Assembly (NCBI RefSeq): GCF_000143415.4 | Contig: NW_003314280.1 | Location: 434,001-498,000 of the forward strand | DNA length: 64,000 nt | Direction of reading: 5' to 3' | Origin: Selaginella moellendorffii | Lineage: Eukaryota; Plantae; Lycopodiophyta | Part shown: positions 36,332 to 48,180 of the stretch, in pieces | Position numbering within the stretch: the first letter of the stretch is position 1 | Layout: the number at the start of each line of letters is the position of its first letter | Notes under the pieces: generated by a model | The model's input: only the letters and a program-made list of their open reading frames with translations | Databases searched by the model: none | What the model was told of the DNA's origin: nothing | Translations under genes and position numbers: made by a program

Positions 36332-38271
36332 CAATGCTCCACAAGGTTCGTGACACCTGTTTGCTAAGCTACTGACTTGGGTGACGTGGTTTCAGATGTG
36401 GAAAACGTGGCAATTGCGGGAACAAAAAATCTTTTTGCCAACCAGTCATCTCAAAGCATCAAGCGTGAGTGCCCGTTCAATTTTTTTATACCAATGCTTT
36501 GAAAAGAGATGACACTAAAAGAAAGCCTTTTGTGGGTCCAGGGAGTAATCGTTTTGTCGACACGGCTGCACAAATATGCCCGATGGGATTGGACCACTCA
36601 GCTTGATGTGGAATCTGTGGATGGCTGCTATAATGACGCTATGCTCCAATCATGGTCTTGCTGTAATGCGAATCGATCGGGAGCTTGTAAGTCCATCGTC
36701 CCACCTTATAATTCTTGTTAGTTGCTGCTTTACTTTTTTGTCTTCCAATCTTTGCTGGTGTTTGTTTTCTTGTTGTGCCGACTAATTCTCTCCTTTTTAC
36801 AGCGGTTTCTATCTAGTCCAACCAATGCGAGCGAAGTTTCTGCTCAAAGTACACGTAGGTGTCACATTGTGTAAAGACTTAACCGCCTGGTTTTGGCGTA
36901 CAAGATCAAGGAAAAAGGAAACGTCCGGGCTTTTAACGTGATTCCCCCCCGAGTCGCTTTCAGCTCCCAAACTTCGTTTTTTCTTGGTGGACTGAACAGC
37001 CTCACACACAGGTCTTCTCCGCGCATCGTTTCTTCGGTGTAGGAGGAACCAACGAGCACGCTTGTGCGACGCATGCGCCTTTTGCCAAGAAAAAAAAAGC
37101 TGTTTTGGAAGAGAACAAGTAAAAGTTCCCCTCGAAATCTTTGCCATAGACTGGAAGTTATTGCCATTAGTATAATTCTTTGGCTTAAGATTGGCCAGAC
37201 TGAAGCCAATCATAAGATCTCCGTACAGGAAATCTCCCCTCAGTACGGCGGGGATGGGCCATGGCCCAAGGTGGCCAGGCAGACAGCCCCGCCTTTGTTT
37301 TTTCCTTTTCGTGACAATGCGGGAGCTGCTCCCGGGCGACGTGTCGTGCGCGCATTGGCCCCCGCGGTTAGTGGCCTTGAAAACACTCCGCCTTATCCTC
37401 ATTGGCTGCTGGGCGGATTTTATTTTAGAGAAAGGAAACACAAGCTTATTTTCATTCATTTCATGTTATACGGACCAAATAAAGTGATGGAATGGAAAGC
37501 TTAGGGAATAAATATTAAACAATCTAAGCGTTTGATCGCCCCTCGATCCGACAGTATCCAACGGTCCAAGGGGGAGGTGATAGCTGGCCGCAGATCTATT
37601 ACCGCACACGTCCCCGTCACACCGCCATCCGACGGCCCAAAGATGAGACACACTGTTTTTTAAAAAGGGCCCTGCACATTAAAATCCCGGCTGACGGATT
37701 CCGTACCTCCCCTGGTATGGGCCCCCCCGATTCTCCGAAGTACGGTCGCTGACCCGACCGGATTCTATTCTATAACCCATCACGCATGACGGCCATGGCT
37801 GATGGCCCAGCACCAGTGAAGGCTCTTCGGTTGTCCTTGTGTACACACCAACACACCATACACCCAACACACAAAACACAACGAAAGAAAGAGAGAAAGA
37901 GAGAGAGAAAGAGGGACGGATGGGTGTGTTCTTGAGCTTCTAGCGCGAGCTAGGGTACCGTTTTCCATCACGGGATCGCGGGAGGAGCTGTTGACGGGAG
38001 GAGCGATGGCGTCGGCGAAGCGGCGGCCGTGCTGGACATAGCCTATTCCAACGGAGGAATGCGCGCGCGCTGCAAAATATTTCCAGGTCCGCCTCATGTT
38101 TCTTGAGCGATCTCTTGGATTGGGGCCTTCTTCCTTGATCGGTGCGCCCGGCAATGCGCTTGGCGCCTTGACCTAGTGCCCGCGGAGGCGCGTTTCTTCC
38201 TTCTCTTTCTCTAGGAGCTCTTTCCCTGCTTGGTATTTCGAAATTGGAGCAGCGGGAATTCGTCAGCGGTG

Positions 38272-40147
38272 ATGCTCGCTGAGCACTTCGTCTCTGGGAA
38301 TATGGAGAATGGTGGGGATTTCGGCACGGCCAGGCTCGATTGGGAATGGGACAACGTGATGATGCTGCCAGCGGCAGGGATGAATCGGAAGCTCCACAGC
38401 GCTGATTGGAGCGAGGAGCCAGTGATGGGATCAGGCAAGGGTGGTGGCGGCGTCTTCTCTTCCGTCGCCGTCAAGCACGAGAGCTCGGGTGGGGAGATCC
38501 TGGACCTGACAAGATCCAAGCCCGACAGGAAGGCCAATGAGCTGATTGCCTCCCCGGAGAAGCCTTCCTCCAATTCCTCCAAGGACTTTTTCCTGGGGCT
38601 GAGTGGAGGAGTTGCCAGTGGTGGTAAAGGCGACATGGACAAGATCAGCGAAAGGGCGGCGATGGCTAATGGCGACGCGGAGACCGGTCTCAAGCTTGGA
38701 CTCAAGCGTAGTTTCACTCCGGATAATCTTGCCGATGGTAACGCCGCCGCTACGACTGCCGCCACCACCTCCACCACCATCACCGCTACCACCAACAACA
38801 GCAAAGGGGGGTCTCCAGGGAAGAAGCCTCGCGGCTCCGCGAATCACACACCGCGTTGCCAAGTCGAGGGATGCAAGACGGATCTCTCCTCGGCCAAGGA
38901 CTACCACCGGAGGCATAAGGTGTGCGCAATGCACTCCAAATCGGCGAAGGTCAGTGTCAACAACATCGAGCAGCGCTTCTGCCAACAATGCAGCCGGTAA
39001 TTTTGCGAGAGTAGTCCTCGTTTCTTTTCGAGCCTAAGTTTTCTAGCTGCTTTGTTCCTTTTCGCCAGGTTCCACGTCCTGTCCGAGTTTGACGAAGGCA
39101 AGCGAAGCTGCCGGAGGCGTCTGGCCGGCCACAATGAGCGACGTAGGAAGCCACAGCCGGATCCAATGGCGTTGACAAGCGCCGCGCTCTCGCCTTACCA
39201 GGCCGGCTTCATGAGGCTTGCTCGTGGTGATGGATTACTTTGTTGTTGCTTTGTGTGTTACTGAAACTCTTTCTTACTTTGTTCCAGATGAGCGTCTGCT
39301 GGGTTATGGGACTCCACTATCGTACCTCGGTGTGGACAATTTACACGGCAAGCTCTCCTGGCCCAGGTTTGGAAGCGTCGATGATCACACGGGTCTCGTC
39401 TCGGGCTCGTCTAACATATCCAGGCCGGAGCGCTTCTTCATGCTCTTCCCTCCAAGGAAGGGTCCAGCGATACTCAACAGCGTCGGCCATCACGGTGTCC
39501 ATCAGTTCATGCAAGGCTCCGGCTCCATGGGCCAAAACCTGACGCTCTCGTCACCCTCGGCGTCGGGTGTGTACGCCGCCGGCATAGGCCCGCCCAGCCA
39601 AGCCTCGCACAACGCAGCCGCGGTGTCTGACTCTGGTCGTGCTCTCTCTCTTCTGTCATCTCAGCCATGGACGAGCCCCCATGACTCGATGGAGCAGCTC
39701 ATGTCCGAAAGCCGAGCTCCTTACAACTCGCAGCAGCAGCAGCAAGCAGCGAGTTACTCGGGGAATTCCCCGGTCCGGCAGCCGAGTTACGGCTCTCCCC
39801 AGGTGTTGCCACAGCAGGTTTCTCAGGGAAACATAGCGGTCGTAGCTCTGGAAAGCAGGAGTAGTGCTCAAGCTCAGCAGCAGCAACAAGGTGGCGGCGG
39901 TGGCTCGTTCCTGCCTGGGATAAATAACTACGAGAACCACGCGGTGCTCACTCTACTCCAGGAATCCGAGCTGCGGAATTTACAGGAGCAACAGCAGCAG
40001 CATGCCGCGAGGCCGACGATCGATCTCATGCAAATGTCAACAACGCAGCCGCCAGCGACCGTCGTAATCCAGCAACCGCAAAGTTCGTCCGATTTTCAGG
40101 TGCTCAAGCCGTATGGTTCCGGACTGTATGATCCGCACCAGCTCTGA
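38272..40147 (+). CDS. SPL: SBP-box (SPL) transcription factor, miR156/529-targeted clade, 3 exons
   Basis: [25 protein letters not shown]...QRFCQQCSR / [27 protein letters not shown], with the ALSLLS motif in the last exon. Confidence 0.95.
39639..39658 (+). promoter_or_regulatory. miR156 target site
   Basis: gtgctctctctcttctgtca is the canonical SPL miR156 site, encoding ALSLLS. Confidence 0.93.
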
Positions 40148-40818
40148 GGGCACACGCGCTCTCCTCCGTGTCCTCGTCCGTTCGTCCGTTCGTCCCAGCA
40201 GAATTTAGGAGTGGTGGCGATCGAAACAAGCGACAAGGAGATTATATCGCTAGCAACCAAGAAGATCTATCAATCTTCTTCTATCTATCTATCTTCTCAG
40301 TGATAAGTGGCGACTTGGTCGAAGTGCCCTCTCTCCCTCTCTCGAGGTACCTGACAACACTACGCACTTCCAGTTTGCATTTGCCATCTTTGTGTGCTTT
40401 TTCTTTTCTTTTTTTTGGTTATCTTTTTCTTTTTTCATCTTAACTTTGTTTCTAGGCAGATTTGTATCATCATCTATTCAGGAAGGAAGATCCAAGAGAA
40501 GACGAGAACATTAAAAGAACTACAAAAAAAATGAAAATTAGAAGTGGAAAAAGAAATTATCCTTTCTTTTGATAATGCATTTGTTAGGATTAGAAAAAAA
40601 GAAAAAGTAGAGGCGAATTTTTCCACGTTGTTCGTGTGGTGGTGGCGACATTACCCCGCGTCCAGAAAGTATAAATGGATACGAATATCCACCCGTATAT
40701 TTCCTGTGCGGCCAGCTACCGGCATTCAATGCGGCCCAGAGACAAAGATTTGCGTTTGACGAGCGGTGGAATATCCAGTTTTGTTCTTTTAGGGCTCCCT
40801 TGGCCCAAAGCCCTAATT

Positions 40819-43658
40819 CTAGACCAATCTGGTGTAGAGCGAGAAGAGCCGGTTGTGCTGTGTTGTTAGGGTTGAGAGGAGTCCTCCCGAGTCGGACGCT
40901 GGCGAGCCCAAGGCGTGATCGCCGTTGTTAGACGGTGGTGGTGGTGACGATCCCAGGATCAAATTGTTGGCGGCGGCGGCGGTGGTAATGTTGTTGCCAG
41001 TGTTGTTAGTCGTGCAGGTGGTGGTGGAGTTCGTCACGGTGGACGCTGCCGGCACCAGGTTCTTGATCGAGTTTGTGGCGCTGTAGCTCACTTTGCTCGC
41101 CTCCGAGTCGTCCCGGGATGCCGACGGCGAGCTGCTGCTCTTGGGGAGCAGCGCGCTGGGCTTCGTGTCGGCTACACACACACACACACGATCAAAGTGC
41201 TCAGCGCAAAGTGTCGGAAGAGCTTGGCTTCGAAAGCGATGTCATTCTCCGGGAGGAGAGAGCTTACCACCGCTAGAGTGTGTTGCTTCCGAGCCGCCGC
41301 CCCCGCCTCCTCCTTCGTGGGACTCAGACTTTCCAGCGGCGGAGTCACCGGCGGTGGAAGTCGAAGCGGCGGCGGCGGCGGCGCTGGCGCTGGCGGTTGT
41401 GGTGGTGCTCGTTGGCTGCGGCTTCCGCCTCCGCCGGTTGTGATCGGCCAGCCGCTTCCGGCAGCTCCGCTTGGAGTCGTCGAACTCGGTTAGCAAGTGG
41501 AATCTGGATGATCACACAAGATCGAAACTCGTCAGAGAAAATCTCATAGCGATCACATGAATCGCGAATCGGCACGACCGACAAACTTATTCCCTCCATC
41601 CAATCCAATTTCGCACACACTGAGAACTGTAGCTGTGTAGCTGACCTGGGGGAGCTACAAGCAAAGCGGAGAAAACCAAGAAAACTTTCTCGTGCTCGAT
41701 GAAAGCTTGCCGGTGCTGTGTGCCTAGCTAGGCGTAGCTCCCACACACACACGCACAGGAGAAATGAAGGCCATGAAGAGATGCAACGACATATTCCATT
41801 CCTTTCCACCCAATCCACTCAGTCCAGCACAGTTTTGCTTTGCACGCGGATCAATCAAGCACACAAAAGCAAAATCGGAGAAGAGAAAGAGATCAACAGC
41901 AGCGAAGAACAAGAACACACAGCTATAACTGCAGTTTAGACGAGAGTTCTTCGAACGAGTACGTAACGCGTTTCGTACTCCCCGCTTAAAACAGCTACCA
42001 TTGTAGCTCGCACTTGACAAAACCAAACATACAAAACAAAGACGAAGAAGAAAACTGGAAAAACGAGGACAGGCTCAAATCAATCAAGTAATGGAAAGTG
42101 CAGGCCATCTCCCCAAGAAAAAAACGGTTTTTACAGAACAGAAAGGGGTGAAACCACCAACGTGAACTGCTAGGAGCTCGAAGCTTTGGGACGAAAGCTA
42201 TGAAGAACAGGGAAAAGCCATGATATGATCATGGCCGGGTGGCGGGAAGAAACAATGGTGGCGTTGCCAAGGAGTTGACGATGATCTCACCCAACAAAGG
42301 AGGGAGCAGAAAAACGAGAGGGAGCGAAAGATGACTGACCTGCTGCATTGTTGGCAGAAGCGCTGGGTCTGATTGTTGGCGATCACGTTTGGAGCCTTGG
42401 AGTGGAGCTCGCACACCTTGTGGCGGCGATGGTAGTGCTTGGCCTTGCTCAAGTCCGCGGTGCACCCCTCGGCCTGGCAGCGGGGGACGTGAACCGACGG
42501 CCCGTTGAGCCGCGGCCGCTTGCCAAACCGCGCAATCAGCGAGTCCTCGGCCGAGAAGTAAGTCCGCCCCCCGAGGTTCAATCCAATCCTCCCATGCAGC
42601 CACTCGTTCATCTGCTGCTGCTGATCGTACTGGCTATGGCTGCTCGAATGGTGGTGGTGACCCAAGAACTGGTAGTGCTGCTGCTGCTGGTGGTGGTGGC
42701 TATGGTGTTGTTCTTCGCGCTTGATGTAATTCCACAACCCACCTAGAGCTCCCAAGTTCCCGGAGCTGGATCGCTGCTGCGCGGCATGCTGCTGCTGCTG
42801 GTGTTGCTGATCGGTCGACTCCACGTCCATGAGGCCGAAGAAGCTGCGCCTTTGCTCGAAAGTTCGCAAATCCTGCTGCTGCTGATGTTCTTGGTGGTGG
42901 TGGTGGTGGAGCTGATGATCCGGGACGTCGAGCGCGGTGGCGCTGCCAAGGATCCCGTTTTGCTGCTGCTGCTGCTGGAGCAGCGCTAGTGTCATGGGAT
43001 TCGTGGACGAGGAAGTTGACGATCGTTGCTGCTGCTGCTGGAGCATCGTCTGGAAGTGGGTGCCACCGCCAGTGGTACCGCCGCTACCACCGCCGCTACC
43101 GCCACCGCCACCGCCCGAGGGTGGGAAAGTGCCGCCTGGGAAGCCACCAGCGCCGCCGGCACCGCCGCCATAGCTGCTGGGAAAGACGAGGCCGCCACCG
43201 TGCTGCGAGGAGGAGGAAGAGGTGGAGGAGTAAGAGCTGGGCCTGGAGAGAATTAGCGGCTTGAGCTCGTGGCCTTGCTGCTGCTGGTGGTGCTGCTGCT
43301 GCTGCTGATAGAAGAGATTGCTCGTGCTAGTGGTGGTGGTGCTCGACTGATCCCATGGAGATATCTCCCACTGATCGCCGCCAGCGCTGCTGTTCGTCTT
43401 GGAAGAATGGTGGTGGTGGTGGTGGTGAGCGGCGCTGTTGGAGGAGGGAGCCGCGGAGAGCTGGTGGTGGTGGTGGTGATCTTGGTGGTAGTGGTTTTGA
43501 TGATTCGATGCGAAGGGATGCATCGTGAGATCCCAGGAGCTCTGCTGGTGGTGGTGATCGCTGGATCCTCCTCCTCCTCCGCCTCCTCCAGCAGCGGCAG
43601 CCCAGAGCGGCAGACCAGATCCTCCAGCCGCTGCCGCCGCTGTTCCCGAAGGATTCAT
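40819..43658 (-). CDS. SPL: SBP-box (SPL8-like) transcription factor with a long Q/H/G-rich N-terminus, 3 exons (~43658-42340, ~41503-41268, ~41172-40819)
   Basis: [14 protein letters not shown]...[39 protein letters not shown] / [27 protein letters not shown]. No miR156 site seen. Confidence 0.92.
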
Positions 43659-46600
43659 GGCACTTACTACTAACGCCAGTCTCGAGGCCGATCGATCGAT
43701 CCCTTGGCTTCCTTGTTTCCAGCGCTAATTCGCCTCCTCGGCCATCACTGTTGCTCTCTCCTCTTGCGTGTTCGTTCTTCCTGGTACTAGCTCTACAGGA
43801 ACTATGCGATAACTATTGCCGATCCATTTGCTCGGGATTGTTTGCTTCCTCCGCGGCTACCATGGCAATTGGATTACTCCCAGCCACATTGCTCCAGCTT
43901 CGCGGGATCTTTCTCTTCCTGCAACAACGTCAAGTTTGTATGATCATTCTCGAGAAAAAACGAGAAGTTGCTGCCTGGAACGAGATGGAAAAACGCGTTG
44001 GAAATCACAAGCAGCGAATGGAATCGCTGCTCCCAAACGGGCGAATGGAAACTGAGAGTTAGCCTGACTCACACTGCAGCGCTGCTAACACCAGATAAAA
44101 CAAAGAAAAACTCTTCACTCCAAGTTCTACAAACAACCACGAACGAGGAAAAAGAAAACCAAGAAAGAGAGAGGATGATGTTTGAGTACCTGGTGGATGA
44201 TAGCTCGTAAAGCAAATCTCTTCAGGAATCATGGCTGACGAGCACACGAGAAATCGAGTTGGCCGTAAACTCCGTGCTGCCATAGCGTCGTCCACACACT
44301 GCCGGGAAAAAAGAAAGAGCAGCGAGAACTTCGACTCGTCCTTTTCATGTTTTCTCCTCCTACCAGCTACTGCTACTCCCGTGGTAACTTTCTAAGATCA
44401 TCCTGGTCGTCATCTCTTAGATTCCAGCATTATTGAAACCAAAGCGGCCGCTGCCCCTTGATCCGAAACGAGCTTTCGCTGTGCTACTCGCGCCCTGAGC
44501 TCACAGATTCCATCTCTTTTGTCGCTCGCTGCCACTTTTCTCCTCGCGCTCTCGAGAGCACGGCCTCTCCAGGGGCCAAACAAAAAGAAAGTGTGACAAG
44601 GGGAGAGAGAAGAGAAAGAGAGAATGGAATCAAGACAACGTCCTGGCTGCCCAACAACTTAACCAGACAGGATAGAAGGAAATTCGTCCCAGAAATTCAT
44701 CCACAAGAAATCGCAAACTTGGAAGCAAATAGGAAGAAGAAACAAAGAACACAGAGAGAATGAGTGAGAGAGAGAGAAAGAGAAGTGAGATTCTCCCAGA
44801 AAAGTGTATAGAGAGTGTGTGTGTTTGTGTCTCCTTTGTCGAGTGGAGCCTATGTGTGTTCCTAGCTTAGTATGGCCTCCAGGAGCTACAAACCTGCTAT
44901 ATCATCATCTTCCGCCATAGCCAACTAGCTCTTCAGACCTCTCTCGCTCGCTCCTCTCTAGAAGCTTTGCTTTAATCTTAACTTAAAACTAATTCCCCCA
45001 CGCTGAGAAGATTAAAACTCCAAGCCTCGCTCGCTCGCTCGCTCGCTCGCTCCCTTCTCGTAGCTAAAAGATTCTTCTTCTTCTTCTTCTATCGAGAGTT
45101 CGTCTTCGTCTTCTGGGAACTTGGCCCGTTTCCCCGTGAAGTTCTTCCTTAGAATCTGGCTGAGGTAGTTTCCGTGATGACAGTGGTGGTACTCTACTGT
45201 AATGAAGTAGAGTCTTCCGGATATCACGGGGGGATTAAACTTCCAGGAGATAGTGTTGCAGTACTCTCCAGGAAGTTTAGACTCTCCCCTCCCTCCCGAT
45301 TAAAACTCCCCTCTCGAGCTCGCTCGCTTCCTTTTTTCTTTCTTCTCTCTCTCGATCTGCCTCTCAACTAGGATGATCCGTGCAGGAAGAAAGGAACGCA
45401 CACACACGCTCAACGAGAGAGGACAAGAAGGGGTATGAAAGAATGTGTAGAGAAAAAAAAAAGGGTATGTGTGCTTCGCTACACGCTGGCCAGATCAAAT
45501 CAAACACGAAAAAAACACAGCATTGACACTGTTGCGCGAGAATTGCTCCACGCAGGGAAGAACAAAGGCGGCATTTTTTTACTGCGCTGCGGGGATCGAG
45601 GACAGGGAAGGAAACACTCTCGCGATGGATTATACAAGTCACTTAAACAAAACCACGAACGCTCTCAAACAAAAGCCTGCCAAAATCCAAGGCCCGAAAG
45701 GAGCGTCTTGCGAGCAGCGAGATTTATACTCGGCCAGAGCCACAACAGCACTGCAGCCTGGGATTATCACTGACCAGAATTCTGAGAACTACAATGAGAT
45801 CGCAGAGGCTGGGCGATTTGAGAGCGATTCGCCACCCTGGAAAAACGAAAAATAAGATGCTCGTTTTTTGTGTTCTTTGGTTTTTACTCGGTCCAAAGTG
45901 CTGGGCTTGTTTGGCATTACACCACCACAATCTAGTACCACAACGAAACATTAAGAAAAATGTTGAAATCGATCGGCCACCTTTTTTTTCTTTTTTCTTT
46001 TCCCTTTTTTCCTTTTTTTCCTTGTAATGAAAGCTAAATTACGCAACTTTTCTATTTCTCATTCGAAAATTCTATTGGCCGACAATATCAGTCAGGTGTC
46101 CTCAGCAGCTCCGTCAGACCTGACAGAAAACACAAACGGACTCTGTTAGGGGTTTCTGTACGTGGAGGCCCTGCCACGTGTCTGCGCCTTACAGGCCCCG
46201 GTAAATGGCCACATTGTTTGCGTGCTCAGACACACGCACCAGGGCAGTGACTGGAAACATAACAAAAACAGCAACAGCTCTCAATTCACCCAAGAAGAAA
46301 TAAAGCTCTTTTTCTTTTCTCCCGTACGGATATCCAAGTCGCGCTCTAGAAATGTCTGATCACGCCATGATCAAGATCTACAAAACCATAGTTTTATGTT
46401 TAGAGCCCGGGAGAGATTCAAAGAATGTTTGATCACAACGAGATGATTAAACCGACTCGGGTATTAGTATAATCCCAGTCTAATGGCTTTAGTTTAATGG
46501 TCTTCAGTGCCCGAGATGGTTAGGTGCGTGGTGCCACATTATCATGATCAAGGAAAACCATTAAAGTAATCATCATAGAATCTATGTCAGAAGGACTACT

Positions 46601-48140
46601 TGAATCTCGCCACCCTCTTTTCTAATTGCTAGAAAGCTGAGGAGTAGCTTTGGCATATTAGCAGTGATGATGATCAGCACCACCGCAAAGGACGTTGATA
46701 CAAAAATGCCGCCAACTTTTCGCCCCAAGCGAACACCACACGGTTCCCAGTGCCCTAATTTCGTACGAGCTACTCAGTGATTCAATGCATGCTCGTTCTC
46801 GGCTTACAGACCAAGCGAATTGTGGGGATCTGGAAACTTTGATTGGAGCTAAAGCTTCTATAAGGGTAACCCTAAGCTAGGAATTAGATTACTAGCCAGC
46901 AATCACCCTCCTTCGCATCGGGAATGGAAGAGCGGCCAGCCCTTTCCACCACGCACAACAACACAAGAGTTACGGAGGCCGTAAAAACGCTATGTCACCA
47001 CCAGCGCCACCCTCAAACGCTCCCAAATGTGCAAAGTCCCACGTAAAATCCGCCGGATAAACCACGACTGTTTTTAACTTGGAGGGGTAAGTTTCTCGGT
47101 GTGGGCGAATAACAGCGATGCTTGGCACATGAGAAGGAGTGCTTGCTTGTTGTTTGTTGGGGCTACGGTCGCCCGGACGTAAATGACGGACGTTGACGCC
47201 CGCGGTCGCATCGGTCGCGTCGCTGACTCACGGTCAACCGGGAAATTGGGCTGGGCTGTTGCGATTTGATCCCGCAACGGATTTGATCCCCTCGTAGACG
47301 AAGCTACTTTCGCGGCATCTGGGCGGCGCGGCATCTGGGCTGCTGTTAAAACCATCTCTCTCTCTCTCTCTTACACACTGAGAAAATCATGGGAAAGACC
47401 AAGGTGTGGCAAACTTTCCTTGTCTTGGCATTTAGCATTGGATGCTGGATTGGACAAGATCGATTTCAATCCCCATCGGCCGGGTCATACACGCAATAAT
47501 CCCGCATTCGTCCGTGAGTCCCATCCCGGCATCCAAAAGGGGCACTTCGAGAAGGAACTGATGAAACAAACAAGCAAGCAAGCGCCTCTCTTTCATTCCT
47601 TGCTTTTGCAAGGCTGTAAAGCTCGCAACGCATGCACTATAACTTCCTGGCCCAGGAAACCTAAGAAAGATTGAAAAGCCCGCCACCTTTTGTCTCATGA
47701 CACACCGCTTCCTTCAAACAGAACGCGACCGTCAACTTCGCCGTCCGTAGCCCTAAGGAAAATTGCGCGAAGCGATGATTAGCACTAATAACAACCGGGG
47801 CCGGACAGACGCCTTGCTGTTAGGTGGATGTCTTGTACAATTGTACGCAACTGTTATAGCTATACGCCACCACCAAGCTACATGTCCATAACAACATGTA
47901 CACTCCCCCCAGGCAAGTTTCATTCCCAAATGGGAAGTTCCAAGTTGCCAGCCATTTAAGCCCACTGGGAGAGAGATTTGAATGGAGGCCAACGCAACCC
48001 CTGTCCCTGTGTTTTTGTGGCTTCTCGCTGCTCCCCAAGCTCCTACTCGAGTGCTTGGCCTCGTCTCGTACACGAAACATAATCACAAAAGCTCCCAGGA
48101 CACGACATGACCGTCTGGTTTTATACTATACTATACGGCC

Positions 48141-48143
<3 letters not shown>

Positions 48144-48177
<34 letters not shown>
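48144..48177. repeat. (GA)n microsatellite
   Basis: Visible directly; others at ~439-464 and ~8858-8900. Confidence 0.9.

Positions 48178-48180
<3 letters not shown>

Noticed and set aside
45161-45169. tgaggtagt resembling the let-7 5' end
   Set aside because: A 9-nt coincidence; let-7 is an animal miRNA.
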